Source of the DNA: an uncultured Streptomycetaceae bacterium
GTDB taxonomy: Bacteria; Pseudomonadota; Gammaproteobacteria; Burkholderiales; SG8-41
Reading direction: 5' to 3'
Assembly: GCA_964365845.1 (NCBI GenBank)
Contig: CAYIRZ010000003.1
Coordinates: 1-33,295 of the forward strand
DNA: 33,295 nt
Positions 1 through 7,897 of this stretch are shown here, piece by piece. Position 1 is the first letter of the stretch. Every line of letters begins with the position of its first letter. A model generated the notes under the pieces. The model did no database searches, was not told the origin of the DNA, and saw only the letters and a list, made by a program, of their open reading frames with translations. A program made the position numbers and the translations under genes.

Positions 1-713
1 TCTCGTTTTCTCTCTTCGTTGTCTGCTTCGAAGCCCATTCTGGTGCAGTCGTCGGTGTTGATGAGGTGTGCGTCTTTTACCGCTTGCATTGGGTCGGTGA
101 ATTCCTCGTAATGCTCGGTGCCGTAAAGGCCGGCGCGCTCGGGCTCGACTTCGTAGCCGGGCGGCGTGGAGACATGCACGTTGAAATCGAGCACTTCCGC
201 CGCCTGCAGCCAGGTATTGCAGACATTGTTCGAGTCGCCGATCCACGCCACCGTCTTGCCCGCGATGCCGCCGCGGTGCTCGATGAAGGTGTAGATGTCG
301 GCCAGGATCTGGCACGGGTGGTACTCGTTGGTGAGGCCGTTGATCACCGGCACCCTCGAGTACGCGGCAAAGCGCTCGATGATGTCCTGCTCGAAGGTGC
401 GGATCATGACGATGTCGACCATGCGCGTGATGACGCGCGCGACGTCTTCGATCGGCTCGCCGCGCCCCATCTGCGTGTCGCGCGAGGAGAGGTTGATCAC
501 CGTGCCGCCCATTTGCAGCATGCCGGCCTCGAAGGAAACCCGGGTGCGGGTCGAGTGCTTCTCGAAGATCATCGCCAGCGTGCGGTCGTGCAGCGGCAGG
601 TACGGCTCGTAGCGCTTGAACTTGTCCTTGATCCAGCGCGCGCGCTCGAAGATATGGGCGTACTCTTCGCGGGTAAAATCCCGGAACTGAAGATAATGCC
701 TGGCTTCTTGCAT
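1..713 (-). CDS. argF: Ornithine carbamoyltransferase, N-terminal ~237 codons (3' end runs off the window start)
   Basis: Open-ended minus-strand frame, absent from the ORF track. My translation from ATG 713 is MQEARHYLQFRDFTREEYAHIFERARWIKDKF...MIFEKHSTRTRVSFEAGM...NGLTNEYHPCQILADI. It carries the STRTR and HPxQ motifs of the OTC/ATC family and lies directly downstream of argD. Track ORF 66..737(+) is its antisense shadow. Confidence 0.8.
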   Translation of the reverse strand, partial: MQEARHYLQFRDFTREEYAHIFERARWIKDKFKRYEPYLPLHDRTLAMIFEKHSTRTRVSFEAGMLQMGGTVINLSSRDTQMGRGEPIEDVARVITRMVDIVMIRTFEQDIIERFAAYSRVPVINGLTNEYHPCQILADIYTFIEHRGGIAGKTVAWIGDSNNVCNTWLQAAEVLDFNVHVSTPPGYEVEPERAGLYGTEHYEEFTDPMQAVKDAHLINTDDCTRMGFEADNEERKR

Positions 714-743
714 GAGGCGCGGCCTGCGGTAAGTTAAGTAGCG

Positions 744-785
744 CCTAGGAGTTTGTCGGACTTAGGGTTCGACAAACTCCTTAGG
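744..785. repeat. Solo hairpin copy (F) of the CTAG/GTCGGAC palindromic repeat family
   Basis: Sequence cctaggagtttgtcggac-ttag-ggttcgacaaactccttagg, with a 15-bp stem including one G-T pair. It lies between the argD stop (781-783, inside the right flank) and the argF start (713). Confidence 0.85.
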
Positions 786-1986
786 CGGGCTGAGCGACGG
801 GCTGTGGCGCGGGCTGTCTGGACAGGAAATCGAGGATCAACGGCGCCAGCATGTCGATGACCAGCCCGGCCTGTTCGCGCGTGAAGTTGAGCGGCGGCAG
901 CAGCCGGACGACGTTGTCGGCGGTAACGTTGATCAGCAATCCTATGTCGAGCGCCTGCTGCACCAGATCGCCGCAGGGGTGCGCGAGTTCGATGCCAATC
1001 AGCAGGCCCTTGCCGCGGATGTCCCTGACGCCGGGATTGCCGGCGAGCCGTTCGGCGAAGCCGGCGCGGATGAAATCGCCGATTTCCACCGCGTTTTTCA
1101 TCAGGCCTTCTTCCTCGATGATGGCGAGCGTTGCCAGCGCGGCGGCGCACACCAGCGGATTGCCGCCGAAGGTCGAGCCGTGGCTGCCGGGCTTGAACAG
1201 GCCCGCTGCCGCGCCCGCGGCGAGGCAGGCGCCGATCGGCACGCCGTTGCCCAGCCCCTTGGCGAGCGTCACCACGTCGGGCATGACGCCGGAATGCTGG
1301 AACGCAAACCAGGCGCCGGTGCGGCCGGTGCCGCTTTGCACTTCGTCGAGCATGAGCAGCCAGCCGTGTGCGTCGCAGATCTCGCGCAGGCCCTTGAGAT
1401 AATCCGCCCCGCAGACATTGATGCCGCCCTCGCCCTGGATCAGTTCGACCAGCACGGCGACCACGCTGCGGTTGTTTTCGGCGACGCGCTTCACTGCTTC
1501 GAGGTCGTCGAACGGCACGCGCACGAAACCGGCGACCAGCGGTTCGAAACCGGCCTGCACCTTGCGGCTGCCGGTGGCGGAGAGCGTGGCGATGGTGCGG
1601 CCGTGGAAGGCTTTTTCCAGCACCACGATGGCCGGCGACTCGATCTTTTTCTGGTGCCCGTAGTAGCGCGCGAGTTTGATCGCGGCCTCGTTGGCCTCGC
1701 AGCCCGAGTTGCAGAAGAAAACGTTGTCCATGCCCGAGATCGCGGCGAGCCGGTCGGCGAGTTGTTCCTGCAGCGTTATGCCGTAAAGGTTGGAGGTGTG
1801 GACGAGCTTGCCGACCTGGTCGCGCAACACCGCCGTCAGCTTCGGATGGCTGTGGCCGATGCCGCACACGGCAATGCCGGCGAGCGCGTCGAGGTAGCGC
1901 TTGCCCCGGGTGTCCCACAGCCAGGCGCCTTCGCCGCGCTCGAAAGCGACGGGGAGGCGGTTGTATGTATTCATCACGTGCGACAT
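781..1986 (-). CDS. argD: Acetylornithine aminotransferase (class III PLP aminotransferase)
   Basis: 401-aa ORF with MNTYNRLPVAFERGEGAWLWDTRGKRYLDALAGIAVCGIGHSHP and LMLDEVQSGTGRTGAWFAFQH, typical of ArgD-type aminotransferases. Operon context with argF. Confidence 0.9.
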   Translation of the reverse strand: MSHVMNTYNRLPVAFERGEGAWLWDTRGKRYLDALAGIAVCGIGHSHPKLTAVLRDQVGKLVHTSNLYGITLQEQLADRLAAISGMDNVFFCNSGCEANEAAIKLARYYGHQKKIESPAIVVLEKAFHGRTIATLSATGSRKVQAGFEPLVAGFVRVPFDDLEAVKRVAENNRSVVAVLVELIQGEGGINVCGADYLKGLREICDAHGWLLMLDEVQSGTGRTGAWFAFQHSGVMPDVVTLAKGLGNGVPIGACLAAGAAAGLFKPGSHGSTFGGNPLVCAAALATLAIIEEEGLMKNAVEIGDFIRAGFAERLAGNPGVRDIRGKGLLIGIELAHPCGDLVQQALDIGLLINVTADNVVRLLPPLNFTREQAGLVIDMLAPLILDFLSRQPAPQPVAQPA

Positions 1987-2235
1987 AGCGTGTGCAACCC
2001 TGAAAACAATACGGCGGCCTGCGCCGCCGTCTACTGGTAAAACCCTATTCTCAACTCACAAGTGCCCGTCATGCAAGCGAAATTTTCATGGGCAAGACGG
2101 CGTAAATTGCGCCTTTTTAACGATGGGGTTCGTCCGCGACAACGGGCTTGAGTTGCGGGCGGGCCGCAAGAGAAAACGGCCGGAACAGGGGCCGCAACGC
2201 GGGCGAGGCAGCAGCGGCACGAATTCCGCTGCGCG

Positions 2236-2333
2236 CTAGCAGCCTGTCGGACTGGGCCCCATTCACCGGAACGCGTAGCTTTAGTGTTTTTCATTTTAGG
2301 AGGTTGTCGGACCCAAGTCCGACAACCTCCTAG
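2236..2333 (+). repeat. 98-bp CTAG-bounded MITE/REP-like element, copy A
   Basis: Sequence ctagcagcctgtcggactgggccccattcaccggaacgcgtagctttagtgtttttcattttaggaggttgtcggacccaagtccgacaacctcctag. It has a perfect 15-16 bp terminal hairpin (2298-2331) and lies 10 nt downstream of the rpsT stop. About 94 percent identical to the copies at 8729 and 25371 (hand count). Confidence 0.9.
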
Positions 2334-2343
2334 CCCGGTCTTC

Positions 2344-2607
2344 TTAAGCCATGGCCTTGAGGGCTGCAGCCAGGCGGCTCTTGTGGCGGGCAGCCTTGTT
2401 CTTGTGGACGATTTTCTTGTCGGCGATCGAGTCGATGGTGCTGACGGCTTGCTGAAACACGGTTTTAGCCGCATTCTTGTCGCCGGCTTCGACGGCTTTC
2501 CTTACGCTCTTTACCGCGCTGCGCAATTCGGAACGTAGGCTGGCGTTATGCTGCCTTTGTTTTTCGCTTTGGCGAGCGCGTTTTCTGGCTGATGCAATGT
2601 TGGCCAT
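2344..2607 (-). CDS. rpsT: 30S ribosomal protein S20
   Basis: 87 aa, [33 protein letters not shown]..., basic, typical bS20. GGAG lies upstream of the ATG. Confidence 0.95.
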   Translation of the reverse strand: MANIASARKRARQSEKQRQHNASLRSELRSAVKSVRKAVEAGDKNAAKTVFQQAVSTIDSIADKKIVHKNKAARHKSRLAAALKAMA

Positions 2608-2681
2608 GTAAACTCCGGATTTTGAATCGGAAAAAGGGCTGAATGTTACGCGCTTACACGCTGATAGGCAAGGCTACTGTT

Positions 2682-2730
2682 GCGACAGGCTACTGGCTCG
2701 CGATGTTGGCTCGCGACAGGCTACTGGCTC
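2682..2730. repeat. 18-bp direct repeat x2 (gcgacaggctactggctc) within a degenerate short-period repeat tract
   Basis: Identical 18-mers at 2682-2699 and 2713-2730. The core cgacaggct resembles the inverted terminus (cgacaggctgctag) of the 98-bp element. Located upstream of murJ. Confidence 0.7.
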
Positions 2731-2781
2731 CGTGTTGCTGCTGTTGCAGTCGCTCTTTGTCCCGGGGTGCCATATAAAAAA

Positions 2782-4320
2782 ATGAATTTACTCAAGGCTT
2801 TGGCGACGGTGAGCAGCATGACGCTCATTTCGCGCATTCTGGGGTTCATACGCGATGCAGTGATCGCGCGCGTGTTCGGCGCGGGGCTCGCCACCGATGC
2901 CTTCTTCGTGGCATTCAAAATCCCCAATCTGCTGCGGCGTCTTTTCGCCGAGGGCGCGTTTTCCCAGGCCTTCGTGCCGATACTGGCCGAGTACAAGCAC
3001 CAGCGCGGCGAACAGGAGACGCACCTGCTGGTCGATCATGTCGCCGGGCTGCTCGGGCTGGTGCTGTTCGTCGTTACGCTGATCGGCATCATTGCCGCTC
3101 CCCTCATTATCTATGTCAGCGCGCCCGGTTTTGCCGCGACGCCCGAGAAATTCGATCTCACGATCGACCTGCTGCGCGTGACCTTTCCTTACATCCTGTT
3201 CATCTCGCTGACTTCGCTTGCGGGCGGCATTCTCAACACCTACAGCCGTTTTTCGGTGCCGGCGTTCACGCCGGTGCTGCTCAACCTGTCGTTCATTGCT
3301 TTCGCGCTGTGGGCGGTGCCTTATTTCGATCCCCCGGTGATGGCGCTGGCATGGGCGGTATTTTTCGGCGGCGTGCTGCAACTGCTGTTTCAGGTGCCGT
3401 TCCTGTCGCGGCTCAGGCTGCTGCCGCGCTTCAGACTCGATCTCAAGAATAAAGGCGTGTGGCGCGTCATGCGCCAGATGGGACCGGCGGTGTTCGGCGT
3501 ATCGATCAGTCAGGTGAGCCTGCTGATCAATACCATCTTCGCATCGTTTCTGGTCACCGGCAGCGTGTCCTGGCTCTATTATGCCGACCGCCTGATGGAA
3601 TTTCCGGCCGGCATGCTCGGCGCCGCGCTCGGCACGATCCTGCTGCCCAGCCTTTCCAAACATTATGCGAATCGCTCATCTGATGAATATTCGAAATTGC
3701 TCGACTGGGGCTTGCGCCTGACGCTGGTGCTGGCGGTGCCCGCGGCGGTGGCGCTGGCGCTGCTCGCGGTGCCGCTGATCACGACGCTGTTTCACTACGG
3801 GGCGTTTACCGCGACCGACGTCTTCAATACCCGCAGCGCGGTGATCGCCTACAGCATCGGCCTGGCCGGGCTGATCCTGGTGAAAGTGCTGGCGCCGGGA
3901 TTCTACGCCCGGCAGAACATCAGGACGCCGGTCAGGATCGCCATCGTCACTCTGTTTGCCACGCAGGTGATGAACTTCATTTTCATCTGGCCGCTCGGGC
4001 ATGCGGGCCTTGCGCTCGCCATTGGGCTGGGCGCCTGCCTCAACGCCGCGCTGCTTTATTATCAGCTGCGCCGGCATGCCATCTACACGCCGCAGCCCGG
4101 ATGGGCGGTTTTTCTGTTCAAGCTCGCGCTCGCGGTTTATGCGATGGCGGCGGTGCTGTGGATCGCTAACGATGTCGCGACCGTTTGGCTCGCCGCCGGT
4201 GCGGCGTCGCGTGTCGCGCGCCTGGCCTGGCTTGTCGTGCTGGGCGCGGCGACCTATTTTGCAACACTGTGGCTGCTCGGATTCAGACTGCGCGACTTCG
4301 TGAAGTGGGCGGCGGAATAA
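2782..4320 (+). CDS. murJ: Lipid II flippase MurJ (MviN)
   Basis: Track ORF 2680..4320. The conserved MurJ N-terminus [35 protein letters not shown] begins at ATG 2782; the upstream extension is translated repeat DNA. Polytopic membrane protein in the classic divergent rpsT<>murJ arrangement. Confidence 0.9.
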   Translation: MNLLKALATVSSMTLISRILGFIRDAVIARVFGAGLATDAFFVAFKIPNLLRRLFAEGAFSQAFVPILAEYKHQRGEQETHLLVDHVAGLLGLVLFVVTLIGIIAAPLIIYVSAPGFAATPEKFDLTIDLLRVTFPYILFISLTSLAGGILNTYSRFSVPAFTPVLLNLSFIAFALWAVPYFDPPVMALAWAVFFGGVLQLLFQVPFLSRLRLLPRFRLDLKNKGVWRVMRQMGPAVFGVSISQVSLLINTIFASFLVTGSVSWLYYADRLMEFPAGMLGAALGTILLPSLSKHYANRSSDEYSKLLDWGLRLTLVLAVPAAVALALLAVPLITTLFHYGAFTATDVFNTRSAVIAYSIGLAGLILVKVLAPGFYARQNIRTPVRIAIVTLFATQVMNFIFIWPLGHAGLALAIGLGACLNAALLYYQLRRHAIYTPQPGWAVFLFKLALAVYAMAAVLWIANDVATVWLAAGAASRVARLAWLVVLGAATYFATLWLLGFRLRDFVKWAAE

Positions 4321-4403
4321 CCCTATCCACTACAGCGCGAGCGGCGAACTCGATTGGGGCGCCCGCGAAGTCGAGGAGCGGCTGACGGCGTTGTTTCCCG
4401 GAC

Positions 4404-4600
4404 GCTAGTGTCCCGAGTCGCTAATTCGCTGAACAAAAGATGCCGAGAATCGGCGCCATACTTTGTCGCAAATCCTCGCCAGGTGTCCAACCTGGCTGCG
4501 GTTTGCTTCGCGTCTGACGCCGATTTCGACACTTTTGCCATGCGGGGGCTTCCGGAACGACGACGGATTGATCAACGAACTAGCGACTCGGGACACTAGC
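4404..4600. repeat. 197-bp element with ~33-bp terminal inverted repeats (MITE-like)
   Basis: Left end gctagtgtcccgagtcgctaattcgctgaacaa. The reverse complement of the right end is gctagtgtcccgagtcgctagttcgttgatcaa: the first 20 nt are identical and there are 3 mismatches over the next 13. Both termini read CTAG. Located between the murJ stop and the cysB stop (3 nt from the latter). Confidence 0.75.
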
Positions 4601-4603
4601 CGT

Positions 4604-5545
4604 TCACAGTTCGTAATCGGCGCCGCCGCCACGCATGGTTTTTTCGACCACGGTACGCGTCAGGTGGGGCGCAAACATCTCTATGAAGTCATAGATGTAG
4701 CCGCGCAAGTAGGCATTGCGGCGAATGCCGATGCGCGTGGTGCTGGCCTCGAACAGATGGCTGGCGTCGACCAGCCGCAGCCCGTGATCGCGCGCCGGAT
4801 CGAACGCCATCTTGGCGAGTATGCCTATGCCCATCCCCATTTCGACATAGGCCTTGATCACGTCGGCATCGATCGCCGTCAGCGAGACGTTGGGCTTGAT
4901 GCCGCGCGCGTCGAAGGCGCGCTTGATCGGCGAGCCGCTGGTGAAAGCGAAGTCGTAAGTGATGATCGGATAACGGGCGATGTTCTCGATCGTCAGTTTC
5001 TGTTGTTTGAGCAGCGGATGACCGAGCGGCGTGATCACGCAGCGATTCCACTGGTAGCACGGTAGTGTCACCAGGTCCTGATACAGTTCCTGGGCTTCAG
5101 TGGTGATCGCGATGTCTGCGGCCCCCGTATTCATCAGTTCCAGGATCTGCTGCGGGCTGCCCTCGCGCAGGGAAAGCCTGACCTTGGGATAGCGCTGGAT
5201 AAAGCGGCTGATTACCGGTGGCAAGGCATAGCGCGCCTGGGTGTGAGTGGTGGCTATCGTCAGCGAACCACTGCCTTCCTCGCTGAAATCACTGCCAACT
5301 TTCTTCAAATTGTCGGCATCGTGCAGGATGCGCTCGGCGATGCCGAGAATGATGCGGCCCGGTTCGGTGACTTCTGTTACGCGCTTGCCGTGACGCACCA
5401 GGATCTTGACCCCCAGTTCTTCTTCCAGCAGACGGATCTGCTTGCTCACGCCGGGTTGCGAAGTGTGCAGCGCTTCGGCAGCCTCTGAAACGTTCAGGCC
5501 GCGTCGCGCCACTTCGCATAAAAAGCGTAATTGCTGTAATTTCAT
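4604..5545 (-). CDS. cysB: LysR-family transcriptional regulator, CysB/Cbl-like
   Basis: 313 aa. N-terminal HTH MKLQQLRFLCEVARRGLNVSEAAEALHTSQPGVSKQIRLLEEELG is typical of CysB. Divergent from the sulfite reductase operon. Confidence 0.8.
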   Translation of the reverse strand: MKLQQLRFLCEVARRGLNVSEAAEALHTSQPGVSKQIRLLEEELGVKILVRHGKRVTEVTEPGRIILGIAERILHDADNLKKVGSDFSEEGSGSLTIATTHTQARYALPPVISRFIQRYPKVRLSLREGSPQQILELMNTGAADIAITTEAQELYQDLVTLPCYQWNRCVITPLGHPLLKQQKLTIENIARYPIITYDFAFTSGSPIKRAFDARGIKPNVSLTAIDADVIKAYVEMGMGIGILAKMAFDPARDHGLRLVDASHLFEASTTRIGIRRNAYLRGYIYDFIEMFAPHLTRTVVEKTMRGGGADYEL

Positions 5546-5656
5546 ATACTTGCTAATAAAGAATTATTAGTTATTACAGTGTAACATAATAGTCTTTTGA
5601 GATATAAGTAAGCGTTGCTACCATGCCATCCAAGATCTATTTCCGGAGCAGGCAAG
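5546..5656. promoter_or_regulatory. AT-rich divergent cysB<>cysI control region with palindrome TTACAgTGTAA (5574-5584)
   Basis: The only strongly AT-rich stretch in this part of the window. It contains a 5+1+5 palindrome that fits a LysR T-N11-A box (T5574...A5586). No experimental anchor. Confidence 0.3.
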
Positions 5657-7357
5657 GTGTACCTCTACGACGAAATCGACCAGCGGCTGGTAGACGAGCG
5701 GGTAGCCCAATTCCGGGATCAGACCCGCCGCTTCCTGGCGGGAGCATTGTCCGAGGATGACTTCCGTCCGCTCAGGCTGCAGAATGGTCTTTATATTCAG
5801 CGCCATGCGCCCATGCTGCGGGTCGCCATTCCCTATGGCCTGCTGTCCTCGCGCCAGGTGCGAGCGCTTGCTTACATCGCTCGCACCTGGGACCGGGGCT
5901 ACGGCCACTTCAGTACGCGCCAGAACATTCAGTTCAACTGGCCCAAGCTGGAAGACGTGCCCGATATCCTGGCCAAGCTTGCCACGGTGCAGATGCATGC
6001 GATCCAGACCAGCGGCAACTGCATACGCAACACGACCACGGACCATTTCGCCGGTATCGCGCCCGACGAGATCGTCGATCCCCTGGTGTGGTGCGAGATC
6101 ATCCGCCAGTGGTCGACCTTCCACCCCGAATTCGCCTATCTGCCGCGCAAGTTCAAGATTGCGGTTTCCGGCAGCGAGCAGGATCGCGCCGCAGTGCAAG
6201 TGCATGACATCGGCCTGCAGGCGCGGCGGGACGCGGCGGGCAATGTGGGTTTTCGTGTGCTGGCCGGCGGCGGCCTCGGGCGCACGCCCATCATCGGCGT
6301 CGTGGTCCGGGAGTTTCTGCCGTGGCAGCATCTGCTGACCTACCTCGATGCCATCCTGCGCGTCTACAACCGCTATGGCCGCCGCGACAACAAGTACAAG
6401 GCGCGCATCAAGATCCTGGTGAAGGAACTCACTCCCGAGGCGTTCCGGCAGAAAGTGGAGGAAGAGTGGGCCCACCTCAAGGAGGGTCCGGCCACGCTGA
6501 TCGCAGAGGAAATCCGGCGCATCGAGCGCCGCTTCACCCGCCCGGGCTACCAGAAACCGGATCCGATCGCACCGGGCTACACTCTGGCGCTGGAAGGTGA
6601 CAGGGGATTCGGCAACTGGGCGCGGCGCAATGTGCATCCCCACAAGGTGCCGGGCTATGCGGCCGTCACGCTGTCGCTTAAGAAGACGGGTGTGCCGCCC
6701 GGCGATGCCACAGCCGGGCAGATGGATGCAATGGCGGACCTTGCCGACCGCTACAGCTTCGGTGAGTTGCGGGTGTCCCACGAGCAGAACCTGATTCTTG
6801 CCGATGTGCGGCAATCCGACCTCTACGCGCTATGGCAGGAAGCGAAGGCGCTGGGACTGGCGACGCCCAACATCGGGCTGCTGACTAACATCATTGCCTG
6901 CCCTGGCGGCGACTTTTGCTCGCTGGCCAATGCCAAGTCCATTCCGGTGGCTGAGGCGATCCAGCGACGCTTCGACGACCTCGACTATCTGCATGACATC
7001 GGCGAGCTCGATCTCAACATTTCCGGCTGCATGAACTCGTGCGGCCACCATCACATCGGCCACATCGGAATTCTCGGCGTCGACAAGCAGGGCGCCGAGT
7101 ACTACCAGATTTCCATCGGCGGTGCGCAGGGCAACGATGCATCGCTGGGCAAGGTGCTGGGACCTTCGGTGTCCCAGGCCGAGGTACCGGACGTGATCGA
7201 GAGGCTGATCGAAGTCTATCTCGCGCGGCGTGACAGCGATGCAGAACGCTTCATCGACGTGGTGCGGCGCATCGGCATCGAGCCTTTCAAGGAGCATGTG
7301 TATGGCTTCAATCATAAGACATCGCAAAGTCGTGACCGACAGCTGGCAGCTGCTTAA
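5657..7357 (+). CDS. cysI: Sulfite reductase hemoprotein (siroheme/[4Fe-4S], CysI/NirA family)
   Basis: Track ORF 5615..7357. The conserved N-terminus YLYDEIDQRLVDERVAQFRDQTRRFLAG begins at GTG 5657, with GGAG 8 nt upstream. Cys cluster region ACPGGDFCSLA...SGCMNSCGHHHIGHIGILG. The start codon is uncertain (5615 or 5657). Confidence 0.85.
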   Translation: MYLYDEIDQRLVDERVAQFRDQTRRFLAGALSEDDFRPLRLQNGLYIQRHAPMLRVAIPYGLLSSRQVRALAYIARTWDRGYGHFSTRQNIQFNWPKLEDVPDILAKLATVQMHAIQTSGNCIRNTTTDHFAGIAPDEIVDPLVWCEIIRQWSTFHPEFAYLPRKFKIAVSGSEQDRAAVQVHDIGLQARRDAAGNVGFRVLAGGGLGRTPIIGVVVREFLPWQHLLTYLDAILRVYNRYGRRDNKYKARIKILVKELTPEAFRQKVEEEWAHLKEGPATLIAEEIRRIERRFTRPGYQKPDPIAPGYTLALEGDRGFGNWARRNVHPHKVPGYAAVTLSLKKTGVPPGDATAGQMDAMADLADRYSFGELRVSHEQNLILADVRQSDLYALWQEAKALGLATPNIGLLTNIIACPGGDFCSLANAKSIPVAEAIQRRFDDLDYLHDIGELDLNISGCMNSCGHHHIGHIGILGVDKQGAEYYQISIGGAQGNDASLGKVLGPSVSQAEVPDVIERLIEVYLARRDSDAERFIDVVRRIGIEPFKEHVYGFNHKTSQSRDRQLAAA

Positions 7358-7835
7358 GCCGCGGGCTGACGGCAGTGCGCCGCTGATTCCCGAATCCGGC
7401 GACATCATCGTGTCGCTGGCGGTGTGGCTGGATCAGCGCAACGTGCTGCTGCCGCGCCCCGGACGGCTGGGCGTATGGCTGGACGGTGACGATGAGTTGG
7501 CGCTGATCGCGGAAGACCTGAAAAACTTCGGCGTCGTGGCGGTTCACTTCCCGCAATTCACCGACGGCCGCGGTTATTCGCTGGGACGGCTGCTGCGCGA
7601 ACGCTATGGCTGGCGCGGTGAATTGCGCGCCATCGGCGACGTGCTGCGCGACCAGTTACCCTATCTTTCCCGCTGTGGCTTCGATGCTTTCGATCTGCGC
7701 GCGGACCAGGACCCGCAGGCGGCGCTTTCCGCGTTCGACGATTTCAGCGAGGCTTACCAGACGGCAGTCGATCAGCAGCAGCCGCTGTTCCGGCGCCGGA
7801 TCCTGGCGTCACCGGACGGCATGGAATGGTCTTAG
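7302..7835 (+). CDS. DUF934-family protein (conserved neighbour of betaproteobacterial sulfite reductase)
   Basis: Track ORF 7230..7835. ATG 7302 is preceded by AAGGAG (7289-7294). MASIIRHRKVVTDSWQLL... and FPQFTDGRGYSLGRLLRERYGWRGELRAIGDVLRDQLPYLSRCGFDAF match what I recall of DUF934. Overlaps the cysI 3' end by 56 nt. Confidence 0.8.
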   Translation: MASIIRHRKVVTDSWQLLKPRADGSAPLIPESGDIIVSLAVWLDQRNVLLPRPGRLGVWLDGDDELALIAEDLKNFGVVAVHFPQFTDGRGYSLGRLLRERYGWRGELRAIGDVLRDQLPYLSRCGFDAFDLRADQDPQAALSAFDDFSEAYQTAVDQQQPLFRRRILASPDGMEWS

Positions 7836-7860
7836 GAATTCGTCTGACCGACGAATTCCT
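7834..7860. repeat. 11-bp-stem hairpin aggaattcgtc-tgacc-gacgaattcct, probable diverged member of the AGGA...GTC/GAC...TCCT hairpin family
   Basis: Perfect 11-bp stem starting inside the DUF934 stop codon TAG (7833-7835). It has the same outer AGGA/TCCT and inner GTC/GAC as the 98-bp-element hairpin, with two compensated differences. Confidence 0.55.
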
Positions 7861-7897
7861 TAAGGAAGACCACTCGAAGTCGGAAAATGAAACTGAA

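Noticed and set aside
66-737. 223-aa + strand ORF at the window start
   Set aside because: It is antisense to a frame with clear ornithine carbamoyltransferase motifs (STRTR, HPCQ). Its Arg/Asp/His/Val-rich composition is typical of GC-rich shadow frames, and it has no RBS.
734-2040. Long ORFs 734..1918(-), 979..2040(+) and 851..1402(+) overlapping argD
   Set aside because: These are alternative or antisense frames of the well-supported argD gene. Their Arg/Pro/Gly/Ala-dominated translations show no family resemblance.
2148-2333. Apparent small-protein family sharing SSLSDWAPFTGTRS.S.FHFR.LS.PSPT.S (ORFs 2148..2333+, 8729..8938-, 22320..22517+, part of 14531..14971+)
   Set aside because: The shared peptide is simply the translation of the 98-bp repeat element. 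The ORFs have different flanks, no RBS, and extend into neighbouring genes.
2680-2781. N-terminal extension of murJ from the track start at 2680 (likewise the upstream extensions of ORFs 7230, 7826, 12796, 20830, 21242, 21694, 23669, 30159)
   Set aside because: The extensions translate repeat or upstream-gene DNA and lack RBSs. Conserved family N-termini and SD sequences point to the internal starts listed in the features.
2788-3663. 291-aa minus-strand ORF inside murJ, and the 5618..6814(-) 398-aa ORF inside cysI
   Set aside because: These are shadow ORFs opposite strongly supported genes, with highly charged Arg/His/Glu-rich nonsense composition.
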